Below, in pieces: positions 1-8,959 of a stretch of 64,000 bases of DNA. The translations under genes and the position numbers were made by a program. Position 1 is the first letter of the stretch. Each line of letters opens with the position of its first letter. The stretch comes from Minisyncoccia bacterium (lineage in GTDB: Bacteria > Patescibacteriota > Minisyncoccia > Phycocordibacterales > Phycocordibacteraceae), in NCBI GenBank assembly GCA_038212075.1, contig JBBQUV010000002.1, forward strand, positions 7,343 through 71,342, read 5' to 3'. The notes beneath the pieces are model-generated. The model saw nothing but the letters and a program-made list of their open reading frames with translations, was not told the origin of the DNA and did no database searches.

Positions 1-477
1 TTCTTTTACTTTCTCTCCAGTCTCCTCGCGCATCTGGCGTGTGGTTAAATTAAGAATTTCAAACTTTTGATTCACTAGTTCTTGATAAAATTTCTCTAGG
101 GTTTTAATATCTTCCAAAAGTTTTTTTGTTGTCAACCATCTAAAAAGAAGGGTGACAAAAATAGATACAGCGGAGATGGCAACCGCACATAAGGATATTT
201 TTCTTAGAAAATCTATGTCTATATTTTTTATCGTGTTGGAATCTACAGCAAGAGTAGTTACAAGTACCGTGGAGGAAACAATTAGAAAATTTTTTCCTGC
301 TTCTAGTAAAATATCTAAATGTTTTAGAAATAGATCAGCTGTGACCGGCGAAATTTGCATTCTTCTTTCAAAAAGCCTCTCGGCTATCTCGGTTTGTTTT
401 TGTAATAAATCCTGACCTTCTTCCAGCTCTTGTGATACCTTCTCTTCTATCATTTTTTCTATTTCTTTCTTTTCCAT
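1..477 (-). CDS. Partial hypothetical protein whose N-terminus starts at 477 and which runs off the window edge. It looks coiled-coil/charged at the N-terminus with a hydrophobic middle segment. It is AT-rich compared with its neighbours.
   Basis: I translated the minus strand by hand from the ATG at 475-477. The frame stays open for at least 159 codons down to position 1 (MEKKEIEKMIEEKVSQELEEGQDLLQKQTEIAERLF...). It is missing from the ORF track because there is no in-window stop. ORF 152..415 on the plus strand is its antisense shadow. Confidence 0.5.
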   Translation of the reverse strand, partial: MEKKEIEKMIEEKVSQELEEGQDLLQKQTEIAERLFERRMQISPVTADLFLKHLDILLEAGKNFLIVSSTVLVTTLAVDSNTIKNIDIDFLRKISLCAVAISAVSIFVTLLFRWLTTKKLLEDIKTLEKFYQELVNQKFEILNLTTRQMREETGEKVKE

Positions 478-503
478 AAGTTAATGAGATTCTTAAGTTA
501 AAA

Positions 504-1154
504 TTAGAGCCCGAGCGCCCACCGCTCAAGTGCCGTACCAAGGTCTACACCTTCTGAACGGGAGTCCGAAAGAAGTTCAATTAAATCAAGCGAGAGCTTC
601 CGTGATTCTTCGTTCGTCCACGCCCGACTTCCTTTCTGCATCACATCGCGTGCCTTCCAATGCAAAAGTCCATGAAGCATTTCAGGCGGATCTCCAGCTC
701 GTAATGCTTTTTCAATTTCCATCCATAATACTTTTCCATTTTTAGCTCCAAGCGCGTTCACGAGCCCTGAATTAAATCCCCTTCCCTCTTTTTTTATCGT
801 TACATCAACCTTGAATTCTTTTTCTGCTTTTGCTTCAAGCTTTTTTGTTTCGGCGGCTTTTAGTTTTGGCGCGAGTATGGCAATTGGGTTTGGCGACTCT
901 GCCAGAAGCATGAGTGAATCCATCACCGCCTCACCCGAAGCAGAAAGCGAAAACGGGTCATCTAAAAGCACGAGTGACTTTGTGAAGAAAAGCCCACTTG
1001 CGGTTGCCACCTGTTCAAGCGCTTCCGGTGTTGTGTCTTCAGCAGAAAGACGCACGTAGTGTGCTTCTGGTGCTTTTTTGCGTGAAGCCTCTACCCATTG
1101 GAACGCTTTTGCTCGCACCTTCCCTGTGTCTGAGCCGTGGAAAAGATAGATCAT
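504..1154 (-). CDS. holA: DNA polymerase III delta subunit (HolA-like).
   Basis: 216 aa. The N-terminus MIYLFHGSD is typical of HolA, the length fits, and it sits next to polA with a 4-nt overlap. Confidence 0.55.
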   Translation of the reverse strand: MIYLFHGSDTGKVRAKAFQWVEASRKKAPEAHYVRLSAEDTTPEALEQVATASGLFFTKSLVLLDDPFSLSASGEAVMDSLMLLAESPNPIAILAPKLKAAETKKLEAKAEKEFKVDVTIKKEGRGFNSGLVNALGAKNGKVLWMEIEKALRAGDPPEMLHGLLHWKARDVMQKGSRAWTNEESRKLSLDLIELLSDSRSEGVDLGTALERWALGL

Positions 1155-3547
1155 AGTGCCTGCATCTGCCCCCAGTTAGCGCCCGACTTTGCTTCGGCGA
1201 TAATCGGCACACCATTTGCTTCGGCTTTTGAAAGTACTGACTCCATGAGGAGTTTGATTTTTGCCGTAAGCTCTGCGACGCGCGCGGTACGAATCTCAAA
1301 CACTAATTCATCGTGCACTTGGAGTAGAAGAAACGCGTCGTTTTCAGCACCTTCTTTTTTCAACATGTTATCAATGTGCACCATCGCGAGCTTAATGATG
1401 TCTGCTTGGGTGCCTTGAATCGGTGCGTTAATAGCCATGCGTTCTGCTTGTGCGCGTACGTACGGAAGCGGTGACTTCATCCCAGCAAGTTCACGGCGGC
1501 GACCAAACAGTGTTTCGGTGTACCCGTGCTTCCGAGCGAAACCTTTTGTGGTTTCTAAATACTCCGCGAGTGTTTTAAACGTACTGAAATAGTCATCATA
1601 AAACGTGTGCGCCTCTGCAGTGGTGGTACCAAGCTGGGCGCGGAGTGAGTTCACTCCCATGCCATACAAAATGCCGAAGTTAATGATTTTTGCGCGTCGG
1701 CGCATTTCAGTATCCACATTTTCCGGAGCAACACTGAACACTTCTGCGGCAACTTCGCGGTGAACATCGCGACCGCTTTTGAAAATGTCGCGCAGTTTTT
1801 CATCACCAGAAAGCACCGCCGCAAGCCGCAGTTCAATCTGCGAGTAGTCGAGCGCAACAAGCGTGAAGCCCTTCGGGGCAATAAACGCGTTGCGAATGGC
1901 GCGACCACGTTCACTCCGAATAGGAATGTTCTGTAGGTTTGGATTTGCGGATGCCATGCGTCCTGTTGCGGCACCGGTTTGCAAATACTCGGCGTGAAGT
2001 CTTCCCTCTGCGTCTAGAGCAGGAGGAATGCTCTCTATATACGTGGAAAGAAGCTTTTGAATCTCACGGTATTCCAAAATATCTTCCACGATAGGATGTA
2101 GGTCGCGGATTTTTTCTAGCTCTGATTCACGAGTTGAACGCTGACCGCCAGCAGTCTTCTTTTGTCCTTTTGCCGTCAACTGCAATGTATCAAACAGAAT
2201 ATTTCCTAGTTGTTTTGGAGAATTGATATTGAAAACCACGCCAGCGGCCTTATGAATACGCTCTTCAACGGTGGCCAGTTCTTTTTTGTATCGCTTCGAA
2301 AGATCGGCAAGCACGTCCCTATCAACAAGCACGCCATGCGATTCCGACGCGCGCAATACCGGAATAAGCGGTTTTTCAATATGTTCGTATACATCAACAA
2401 CTCTGCCAGTCTCTTTTATTTTCTTATCAAGTTCAGCATATGCTTCATCAAAGGTTTTCTTTTTTGTGTATGCAAGCACATCGTCCACGCTTGGATTAGT
2501 GAAGTCGCTCGCAAGAAGCCACAGCATTACTTGTGCTTCAGAAAATCGTGTTGGGTCAATCGCTTCTTCCTCAACCACCTCTCCTTCCTCTATATCTTCT
2601 TCCTCGCCACCCGCGTTACCAGAAATCACACTGCGTGCACGGGTACGCAGTGAACGAAACCCAAGCTCGTCAAAGAGCGCAAGAATTTTATCTAAGCGGT
2701 CACTAATATCCCATCCTTCTTTCGGAAGTGAGAATGCGATAGGCGCATCGGTACGAATGGTTGCAAGCATTTTTGAAAACAAAGCATCTTCTTCGTGCTT
2801 TTTTAAAAGCTCCACCATGCGTGGTTTTACCTTTCCTTTTGCAGTAAATTTCGCTTCGTCTTTTTTAAGTTCCTTGTATATGTCTTCGATGGTCCCGAAA
2901 GTAGTGACCAGTTCAGTGGCTGTTTTGTCCCCCACACCCGGAATACCAATGATGTTGTCGGAAGGATCGCCGCGAAGACCTTTATAGTCAGGAACGAGCG
3001 CTGGAGAGAAGCCATAGCGTGTCATTACCGCCTTTTCGTCGTACATAATTATGTCGTTCAATCCTTTCTTGAGCGTGTATACCTGTACGCGCTTATCATG
3101 CACCAGCTGTAGGGTGTCCATATCACCGGAGGCAATCACAATGTCCACCAGTGGGTCATCCTTAAACAGATGAACGATGGTGCCTAAAATATCGTCAGCC
3201 TCGAATCCTTCACGTTCGTAAATCGGAATACAGAAAGCTTCAAATACCGACCGAGAACTTATAATTTGCGCCACGAGCGCATCATCACTTTTTTGTCGTG
3301 TTGCCTTGTACCCTTCGTATGCTTCATGACGAATCGTTGGTTTTGGAAGGTCGTAACACGCAACAAGATAATCGGGACGCAAATCCGCGATAATGCGAAG
3401 CAACATCGAGGACAGGCCGTACAGAGCGCCTGTCGGTTGACCGGAGGGACCGGTAAATTCTGGGAGCGCATGATACGCCCGATGAATAATCGCGTGCGAA
3501 TCAAGCAATACAAGCCGTTTCTTCCTTTGAATTCCTCCTTTAGGCAT
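1151..3547 (-). CDS. polA: DNA polymerase I: a 5'-3' exonuclease domain plus a family A polymerase domain. It is short at 798 aa.
   Basis: The N-terminus is 5'-3' exo/FEN-like (LLDSHAIIHRAYHALP). The C-terminal polymerase motifs are DYSQIELRLAAVLSGDEKL (motif A) and QVHDELVFE (motif C). Confidence 0.9.
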   Translation of the reverse strand: MPKGGIQRKKRLVLLDSHAIIHRAYHALPEFTGPSGQPTGALYGLSSMLLRIIADLRPDYLVACYDLPKPTIRHEAYEGYKATRQKSDDALVAQIISSRSVFEAFCIPIYEREGFEADDILGTIVHLFKDDPLVDIVIASGDMDTLQLVHDKRVQVYTLKKGLNDIIMYDEKAVMTRYGFSPALVPDYKGLRGDPSDNIIGIPGVGDKTATELVTTFGTIEDIYKELKKDEAKFTAKGKVKPRMVELLKKHEEDALFSKMLATIRTDAPIAFSLPKEGWDISDRLDKILALFDELGFRSLRTRARSVISGNAGGEEEDIEEGEVVEEEAIDPTRFSEAQVMLWLLASDFTNPSVDDVLAYTKKKTFDEAYAELDKKIKETGRVVDVYEHIEKPLIPVLRASESHGVLVDRDVLADLSKRYKKELATVEERIHKAAGVVFNINSPKQLGNILFDTLQLTAKGQKKTAGGQRSTRESELEKIRDLHPIVEDILEYREIQKLLSTYIESIPPALDAEGRLHAEYLQTGAATGRMASANPNLQNIPIRSERGRAIRNAFIAPKGFTLVALDYSQIELRLAAVLSGDEKLRDIFKSGRDVHREVAAEVFSVAPENVDTEMRRRAKIINFGILYGMGVNSLRAQLGTTTAEAHTFYDDYFSTFKTLAEYLETTKGFARKHGYTETLFGRRRELAGMKSPLPYVRAQAERMAINAPIQGTQADIIKLAMVHIDNMLKKEGAENDAFLLLQVHDELVFEIRTARVAELTAKIKLLMESVLSKAEANGVPIIAEAKSGANWGQMQAL

Positions 3548-3974
3548 AGGTTATTTTACGGGCACCTTCGGCAAGCGTTTCTATAGAAATATGCACTGAC
3601 GCACGAGGAAGCGTGTCATGCACCTTTTCCGGCCATTCAAGCATAACTAGATTGTCTGCTTGCTGAACCACTTCGTCAAAGTGAAGCGGAGCAAGCTCCG
3701 TACCCCCCTCTAACCGGTAGGCATCTATATGAATAAGTCGTTTCCACGGTCCTGCGGGCAGTTCATACGATTTCATCAAAACGAATGTGGGGCTGGTAAT
3801 GTCTCCTTCCACCCCCAGCGTGCGCGCAACTACCTTCACCAGGGCTGTTTTCCCTGCACCAAGGTCTCCGGAAAGGGTTATGAGTGTTGCTCCTGCCGGA
3901 TTTTTTGCGAGACTTTTCACAAATGCTTCTGCCACGGCAGTGAACTCTTCTAGGGAATGGGTGACTTTCTCCAT
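3540..3974 (-). CDS. tsaE: tRNA threonylcarbamoyladenosine biosynthesis protein TsaE (YjeE ATPase).
   Basis: 144 aa. P-loop GDLGAGKT and SPTF motif, both characteristic of TsaE. Confidence 0.8.
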   Translation of the reverse strand: MEKVTHSLEEFTAVAEAFVKSLAKNPAGATLITLSGDLGAGKTALVKVVARTLGVEGDITSPTFVLMKSYELPAGPWKRLIHIDAYRLEGGTELAPLHFDEVVQQADNLVMLEWPEKVHDTLPRASVHISIETLAEGARKITYA

Positions 3975-4018
3975 TTCTTCATTGTACCAAGCGAAGCCAG
4001 CGCGCTATCATTCATAGT

Positions 4019-5689
4019 ATGACGAGCCTTTTTGACAACGCAGCAGAAGATGCAAAGATACATCACCTTCACGAAGAAGAGGAAGAGGATGTTGCGCAAA
4101 TTCTTGCGAGTAAATATGGGATGACCTATACGGATCTTTCCGCAACCACCATTGATACCGATGCCCTGCGTCTTATTCCCGAAGAAAAATCACGGGCGGC
4201 AGAAACGCTCGCATTCAATAAAGAAGGAGTGAAGCTATCGCTTGCCATAAGGAATCCAAACAACGCTACCCTTCCCGCTCTTTTTACCGATCTTGAATCT
4301 CACGGGCACAAACTTGAAAAGTTTTTAGTTTCAACAAAAAGTTTTGAGTTGGCGTTCAAGCACTACAAAGAACTTTCTCTTGCTTCGGTGGTAAAACAGG
4401 GAGTATTAACTATTTCTCCCGATGAACTCGCGCGACTCTCAAAATCGCTTACCACGGTTACGGAACTGTCTTCGTATTTTGAAAACACACTGACCGATAA
4501 AAAAACGGGCGGCGTTTCGCGCATTTTTGAAGGAATGATGGAAGCGGCGTTTGCCATGAAGGTATCCGACATTCACTTGGAACCGGAAGAAACAAGTGTG
4601 CGCCTGCGTTTTCGTTTAGACGGTGTGCTTGAAGACGTGTTTGCCTTTACCCCCGAAACCTATCGTTCCCTGAACTCTCGTCTGAAGCTTTTGTCCGGCC
4701 TAAAGCTGAATGTGCATAACCGCGCACAGGACGGCAGGTTTAGTGTGGATATCGGCGGAACAGAGATTGAAATTCGTACGTCACTTATTCCGGGCAATTA
4801 CGGTGAGTCATTCGTGCTCCGTCTTCTTGATCCCGACAATATTCACATTGGATTTGAAAATCTTGGTATCCATCCCAAGCTCTTTGCGCGTTTGGAAAAA
4901 GAAATTCAACGTCCAAACGGCATGCTCCTTACCACCGGTCCAACGGGAAGCGGAAAAACCACAACGCTCTATGCCTTCCTTCAGAAAATTCATACATCCG
5001 ATATTAAAATTATTACCATCGAAGACCCGGTTGAATACCACTTGAACGGAATCGTGCAGACGCAAACAAACGGCAAAGACTACACCTTTGCATCAGGGCT
5101 CCGTTCTATTGTGCGCCAAGACCCGGACGTTATTATGGTGGGCGAAATCCGCGATGGTGAAACGGCTGATATCGCTATTCAAGCAGCGCTTACGGGACAC
5201 TTTGTGTTTTCCACTATTCACACCAACGATGCCGCTGGTACCTTCCCCCGTCTTGCCGACTTCGATATTGACCCAAAAGAATTTGCATCAGCAGTCACTG
5301 TCGCAATGGCACAGCGTCTGGTGCGCCGGCTCGACCAAAATGCGCGCAAACAAGTGCCGCTTGAAGGAGAAATGAAAGCGACGGTAGATAAAATTCTTGC
5401 GAGTGTGGTTGATAAGTCTTTGGTGCCACCAAAAGTGGACATGATGTGGGTGCCCGATCCAAAGGATGGTGGCACTGGCTACAAAGGGCGTGTGGGACTC
5501 TACGAAGCAATCTTTATGGACGACGAGCTCGGCACCTTCCTGCGTGATAACCCAAGCGCAAGCGATATACGAAAGCACGCGGCAAAGCAGGGCTATCTCA
5601 CTATGGTTCAAGATGGCATTATTAAAGCCTTGTCTGGCCTTACCTCTATTGAAGAAGTGCTTTCTGTTGCCGACATTCCCCGCGACTAG
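4019..5689 (+). CDS. pilB: GspE/PilB-family secretion ATPase (type II secretion / type IV pilus assembly ATPase paralog).
   Basis: 556 aa. It has an N-terminal GspE_N-like region, Walker A GPTGSGKTTTLYA, and VGEIRDGETA (Asp box/Walker B region). It is a second copy, distinct from the one at 54598..56349. Confidence 0.8.
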   Translation: MTSLFDNAAEDAKIHHLHEEEEEDVAQILASKYGMTYTDLSATTIDTDALRLIPEEKSRAAETLAFNKEGVKLSLAIRNPNNATLPALFTDLESHGHKLEKFLVSTKSFELAFKHYKELSLASVVKQGVLTISPDELARLSKSLTTVTELSSYFENTLTDKKTGGVSRIFEGMMEAAFAMKVSDIHLEPEETSVRLRFRLDGVLEDVFAFTPETYRSLNSRLKLLSGLKLNVHNRAQDGRFSVDIGGTEIEIRTSLIPGNYGESFVLRLLDPDNIHIGFENLGIHPKLFARLEKEIQRPNGMLLTTGPTGSGKTTTLYAFLQKIHTSDIKIITIEDPVEYHLNGIVQTQTNGKDYTFASGLRSIVRQDPDVIMVGEIRDGETADIAIQAALTGHFVFSTIHTNDAAGTFPRLADFDIDPKEFASAVTVAMAQRLVRRLDQNARKQVPLEGEMKATVDKILASVVDKSLVPPKVDMMWVPDPKDGGTGYKGRVGLYEAIFMDDELGTFLRDNPSASDIRKHAAKQGYLTMVQDGIIKALSGLTSIEEVLSVADIPRD

Positions 5690-5691
5690 TT

Positions 5692-6015
5692 ATGGGAAAA
5701 AATCTTTCAGACTTAATTGAATTTGTAGGGAAACATGTCGTGTTTAATGCTGAACACTATCCTGAACTAAAAGACGCTTCGGAAAAAGAAAAATTCATTT
5801 TTGCGATACGTCATTCTGCATTACACTTTTCAAAAACCGCAGGAAAAATTGCTGTGGTTGCAGAGGATGTAGATCATGGTTCCGAGCCTGATATTGCAAA
5901 GCTTAAAGAGCAGGTATGGAAATCATTGGTAAATGCATTTTGGCTTGCCGATAAAATTGATATGACGGAAGAAGAAATTATTTCTAGCATGGAGAAAAAG
6001 TATTCCGACAAATAA
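5692..6015 (+). CDS. MazG-like nucleotide pyrophosphohydrolase family protein (putative).
   Basis: 107 aa, all-helical small protein. The C-terminal half, KEQVWKSLVNAFWLADKIDMTEEEIISSMEKKYSDK, matches the MazG/dimeric-dUTPase pattern (L..V...l..LA..lgiD.ee.....eK...R). It lies next to rdgB, another NTP house-cleaning gene. Confidence 0.4.
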   Translation: MGKNLSDLIEFVGKHVVFNAEHYPELKDASEKEKFIFAIRHSALHFSKTAGKIAVVAEDVDHGSEPDIAKLKEQVWKSLVNAFWLADKIDMTEEEIISSMEKKYSDK

Positions 6016-6016
6016 T

Positions 6017-6568
6017 ATGCAGGATTTTGTTTTTATTACCGGTAACCAGAATAAAGCCGACTATCTGGCGCGGTTTCTTGGACGCCCTGTTGAGCACGTG
6101 AAAGTAGATTTAGATGAAATTCAATCTCTGAGCCTTGAAGAGATTGTTCGGCACAAACTACGGCAAGCGTACGACATCGTAAAACGCCCTGTCGTCGTTG
6201 AAGACGCAGGGCTTGAATTCACCTCCCTCGGGCGACTTCCCGGCCCACTCATTAAATGGTTCCTTGAAGAACTTGGCTATCCGGGAACCGCGGCGCTTTT
6301 GGATGGAAAAGACCGGAGTGCGATAGCGCGTTGCCGTATTGGTTACTACGATGGGACCGAAGAAGTGTATTTTGAAGGCAGTCTCACCGGACGTATAGCA
6401 GACGACCCGCAAGTAGGTGGAGGGTACGGGTTTGATCCCCTCTTTATTCAAGATGGCTATGATGTGACACGAGCATTTATGAACCAAGAAGATCACGACC
6501 GCACCTACTTTGAGCTCAAACCGTTCGGAAAGTTAAAAGAGTATTTGGAGAACAAGAATACTCACTAA
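6017..6568 (+). CDS. rdgB: Non-canonical purine NTP pyrophosphatase (dITP/XTP pyrophosphatase, HAM1/RdgB family).
   Basis: 183 aa with the TGNQNK motif near the N-terminus and GYGFDPLF. Confidence 0.85.
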   Translation: MQDFVFITGNQNKADYLARFLGRPVEHVKVDLDEIQSLSLEEIVRHKLRQAYDIVKRPVVVEDAGLEFTSLGRLPGPLIKWFLEELGYPGTAALLDGKDRSAIARCRIGYYDGTEEVYFEGSLTGRIADDPQVGGGYGFDPLFIQDGYDVTRAFMNQEDHDRTYFELKPFGKLKEYLENKNTH

Positions 6569-7554
6569 CTTCCCGTTGAAGACAGTTTCTTTTCTCCGAG
6601 CATTTTCAAATTCCCATCCAATACCTTCATTTCAGGTTCTTCTGCAAGAACGACACCAGGAGCTAGTTCTTTTGTTTTTTTCCAGGAAATGCGACTACGC
6701 TCTGCTTGCATACGTGCATACACTCCCACATCATTGGCAATCATTTCTGCAACAGCGGGCGATACATTTCTGTTAGCAAGCTTTGTTTCCAAAGATTTTT
6801 TAACCAGCGCTTTAGTTACTGCCTCAATAACAGGAGGTGGGTACATGAGTGTTGCGTCACCGGGATAAAAATCTTTCCACACCTCTTCAACACGTGGCTG
6901 ATATTCTGTGGATTTATTAACATAGGAAAGTCTCGACTCGGTACCCGGTATATTGGCTTCGTCTAGAAGATTGTAATTACGGAGAATGTCACCGACCATC
7001 TGTTCCTTTTCTCCGGGAATGGCAAGCTGTTCTTCTTTTATTTGATATTCAATCTCGCCCATTTTCGCTCTCACTTCCGCTTCTATTTTATTTGGTAGTC
7101 CCGTACCACTAATACCAAGATACCGTTCACCCTCGTGTTCAAGAGAAGAGTAGGACTCGAGAGGAATATCAAGCGCAGTGAGCTTATCTATAAGCGCCTT
7201 GTTGATTGGTTGTTCTAGAGCATGTTCTGGAACAGAGCGGTCGCTATACATTTCTACTTGTTCCTCGGCTTCTGCGCGCTCGCCGTGAGCGGCGCGGAGC
7301 TCCGATTTACTTTCATCACTCAGTGGACCTGTTACCGCTTCGCGCTGGAGAGACTGTGACTGCTTTTCAACACGAGCATCGGCATTTGCTAGTTCTCGAT
7401 TAGCGTCTCCACGCTGACTTTTTTCATCTTTGAGTGAATTAAAAACAAGCGCGAGCGCAGCATGTTTTTCTTCTAGGGCTGCAATTTTCTCTTTCGCGGC
7501 ACCTTCTTTTTTTGATACTCCTTTTACATCCAGCTTTCCAGATTCAAATCCCAT
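6565..7554 (-). CDS. Hypothetical protein with a charged, coiled-coil-like N-terminal half.
   Basis: 329-aa ORF with consistent codon usage. I recognise no family motif. Confidence 0.45.
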   Translation of the reverse strand: MGFESGKLDVKGVSKKEGAAKEKIAALEEKHAALALVFNSLKDEKSQRGDANRELANADARVEKQSQSLQREAVTGPLSDESKSELRAAHGERAEAEEQVEMYSDRSVPEHALEQPINKALIDKLTALDIPLESYSSLEHEGERYLGISGTGLPNKIEAEVRAKMGEIEYQIKEEQLAIPGEKEQMVGDILRNYNLLDEANIPGTESRLSYVNKSTEYQPRVEEVWKDFYPGDATLMYPPPVIEAVTKALVKKSLETKLANRNVSPAVAEMIANDVGVYARMQAERSRISWKKTKELAPGVVLAEEPEMKVLDGNLKMLGEKKLSSTGS

Positions 7555-7615
7555 AGGTAAAAATTACGGCTATCACCCAATAGTACCTCGTACGCCAACC
7601 CATCAGCGCGGCCGG

Positions 7616-7653
7616 CTGTGTATAGAAAAAGACCCCTTCAAGGGGTCTTTTTC
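7616..7653. terminator. Near-perfect hairpin with a 17-bp stem (ATAGAAAAAGACCCCTT/AAGGGGTCTTTTTCTAT) in the divergent intergenic region. The A-run on one side and T-run on the other make it read as an intrinsic terminator in both orientations.
   Basis: Read directly from the sequence. It lies between the divergent genes at 7554 (minus) and 7904 (plus). Confidence 0.5.
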
Positions 7654-7903
7654 TATCTATCCCGACCATAATCTTCGAGGCGATCGCATCGGTAAAGATG
7701 CGTGGACAAATCGCCTGAGGATGAGCCCAGTGTCCACTAATTAAAGTGGAGCCAGGAAGTCCTTGGGGAAGAGCCCGAAGCCGTCAAGCCTTGCCTCGAA
7801 GAGTATGTGCAGGATTTCGCGAATGAAACCGTGGGTATTTTAAATCCGGGCAAGCCAGTGGCCGTCCAGAATGTACTTTTGAGCCCCTCGCTCGTATGGT
7901 AGA

Positions 7904-8929
7904 ATGGTAGCATACGGTAATTTTATGTCAAGTACCCCTAACGATATTCCTGAGGTTCCTGAAGCACAATTAGACGCGGCACTGCGTCCTTCTTCGTGGG
8001 ACGAATACGCTGGGCAAGGGCACGTGAAGGCAAATGTGCGTGTGGTTATTGATGCGGCGAAGTTGCGCGGTGGCATGCCGGAGCACTTTCTGTTCTATGG
8101 CCCACCGGGAGTGGGTAAAACAACACTCGCCCACCTTGTTGCCGTCACTCTCGATGCGCCTCTTAAAACAACATCGGGGGTTGCTATCGAACGCGCCGGA
8201 GATCTTGCCGCCATCCTCACAAATCTTGAACCAAACACCGTGCTCTTCATCGATGAAATTCACCAACTGTCACGGAAAATTGAAGAACTTCTGTATCCCG
8301 CACTCGAATCAGGCACACTGGATATTGTTCTTGGAAAAGGTCCTTCAGCACGCACGGTTGAGCTTGCCCTTCCCCCCTTCACACTTATCGGTGCCACAAC
8401 AAAAGTTGCCTCCCTCTCAAGCCCTCTCCGTTCGCGTTTTGGTGGCGGTGTGTACCAGCTCGATTTTTATTCTGACCAAGACTTACGTACCATTATTGGG
8501 CGTTCAGCAAAGAAACTTGGGCTCACGCCAACTCCTGATGTCATTGAGCGGGTAGCGGCACGAAGTCGTGCGACACCGCGTGTGGCAAACTCCCTCTTGA
8601 AGCGCGTGCGCGACTATTCTGAAGTGCACCAGAAGGATTTAACGGGTGAGGTTTGCGATCTTGCCTGCGAATTGTTTGGTATCGACACACTGGGACTCAC
8701 CAAAGACGACCGCAGGTATCTTGAAACACTTGAGAAAGGATTTCGTGGTGGCCCTGCCGGAGTTCGCGCACTCGCAAGCGCCATGCATGAAGACGAAGAC
8801 ACTATTGAACAGGTGTATGAACCATACCTGTTGCGTCTTGGGTTTATTGAACGAAGTCTGCGCGGACGTATGCTCACTCAAAAAGGTCGTTCATACCTGC
8901 GCGGGGAGTCACTGGAGACTCTTTTATAA
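7904..8929 (+). CDS. ruvB: Holliday junction branch migration ATPase RuvB.
   Basis: 341 aa. Walker A GPPGVGKTTLA, Walker B LFIDEIH, and an AAA+ RuvB-like C-terminal winged helix. A TAGAAT-like -10 element lies just upstream. Confidence 0.9.
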   Translation: MVAYGNFMSSTPNDIPEVPEAQLDAALRPSSWDEYAGQGHVKANVRVVIDAAKLRGGMPEHFLFYGPPGVGKTTLAHLVAVTLDAPLKTTSGVAIERAGDLAAILTNLEPNTVLFIDEIHQLSRKIEELLYPALESGTLDIVLGKGPSARTVELALPPFTLIGATTKVASLSSPLRSRFGGGVYQLDFYSDQDLRTIIGRSAKKLGLTPTPDVIERVAARSRATPRVANSLLKRVRDYSEVHQKDLTGEVCDLACELFGIDTLGLTKDDRRYLETLEKGFRGGPAGVRALASAMHEDEDTIEQVYEPYLLRLGFIERSLRGRMLTQKGRSYLRGESLETLL

Positions 8930-8959
8930 TTCTTTTAGAAAATGTGATAGGTTTTTTGT

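Noticed and set aside
152-415. Plus-strand 87-aa ORF at the left edge.
   Set aside because: It lies fully inside, and antisense to, the longer open minus-strand frame that starts at 477 and runs off the window. The minus frame has a plausible ATG start and stays open for 159 codons. I treat the plus ORF as a shadow.
2206-3015. Multiple ORFs on the opposite strand within polA (e.g. 2271..2987 at 238 aa, 2210..2653 at 147 aa).
   Set aside because: They lie fully inside the well-supported polA coding region and have low-complexity Ser-rich translations. I treat them as antisense shadows.
7555-7903. RNase P RNA, tmRNA or SRP RNA in the divergent intergenic region.
   Set aside because: I searched both strands for the signature motifs. 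These were GGAAAGUCCGGGCUCC and GGUGCGGUAAGAGCGCACC (RNase P), a tRNA-like GGUUCGA...CCA 3' end plus a tag ORF (tmRNA), and GGAAGGAAGCAGCC (SRP helix 8). I found only weak partial similarities. I keep the region as an unclassified ncRNA candidate only.
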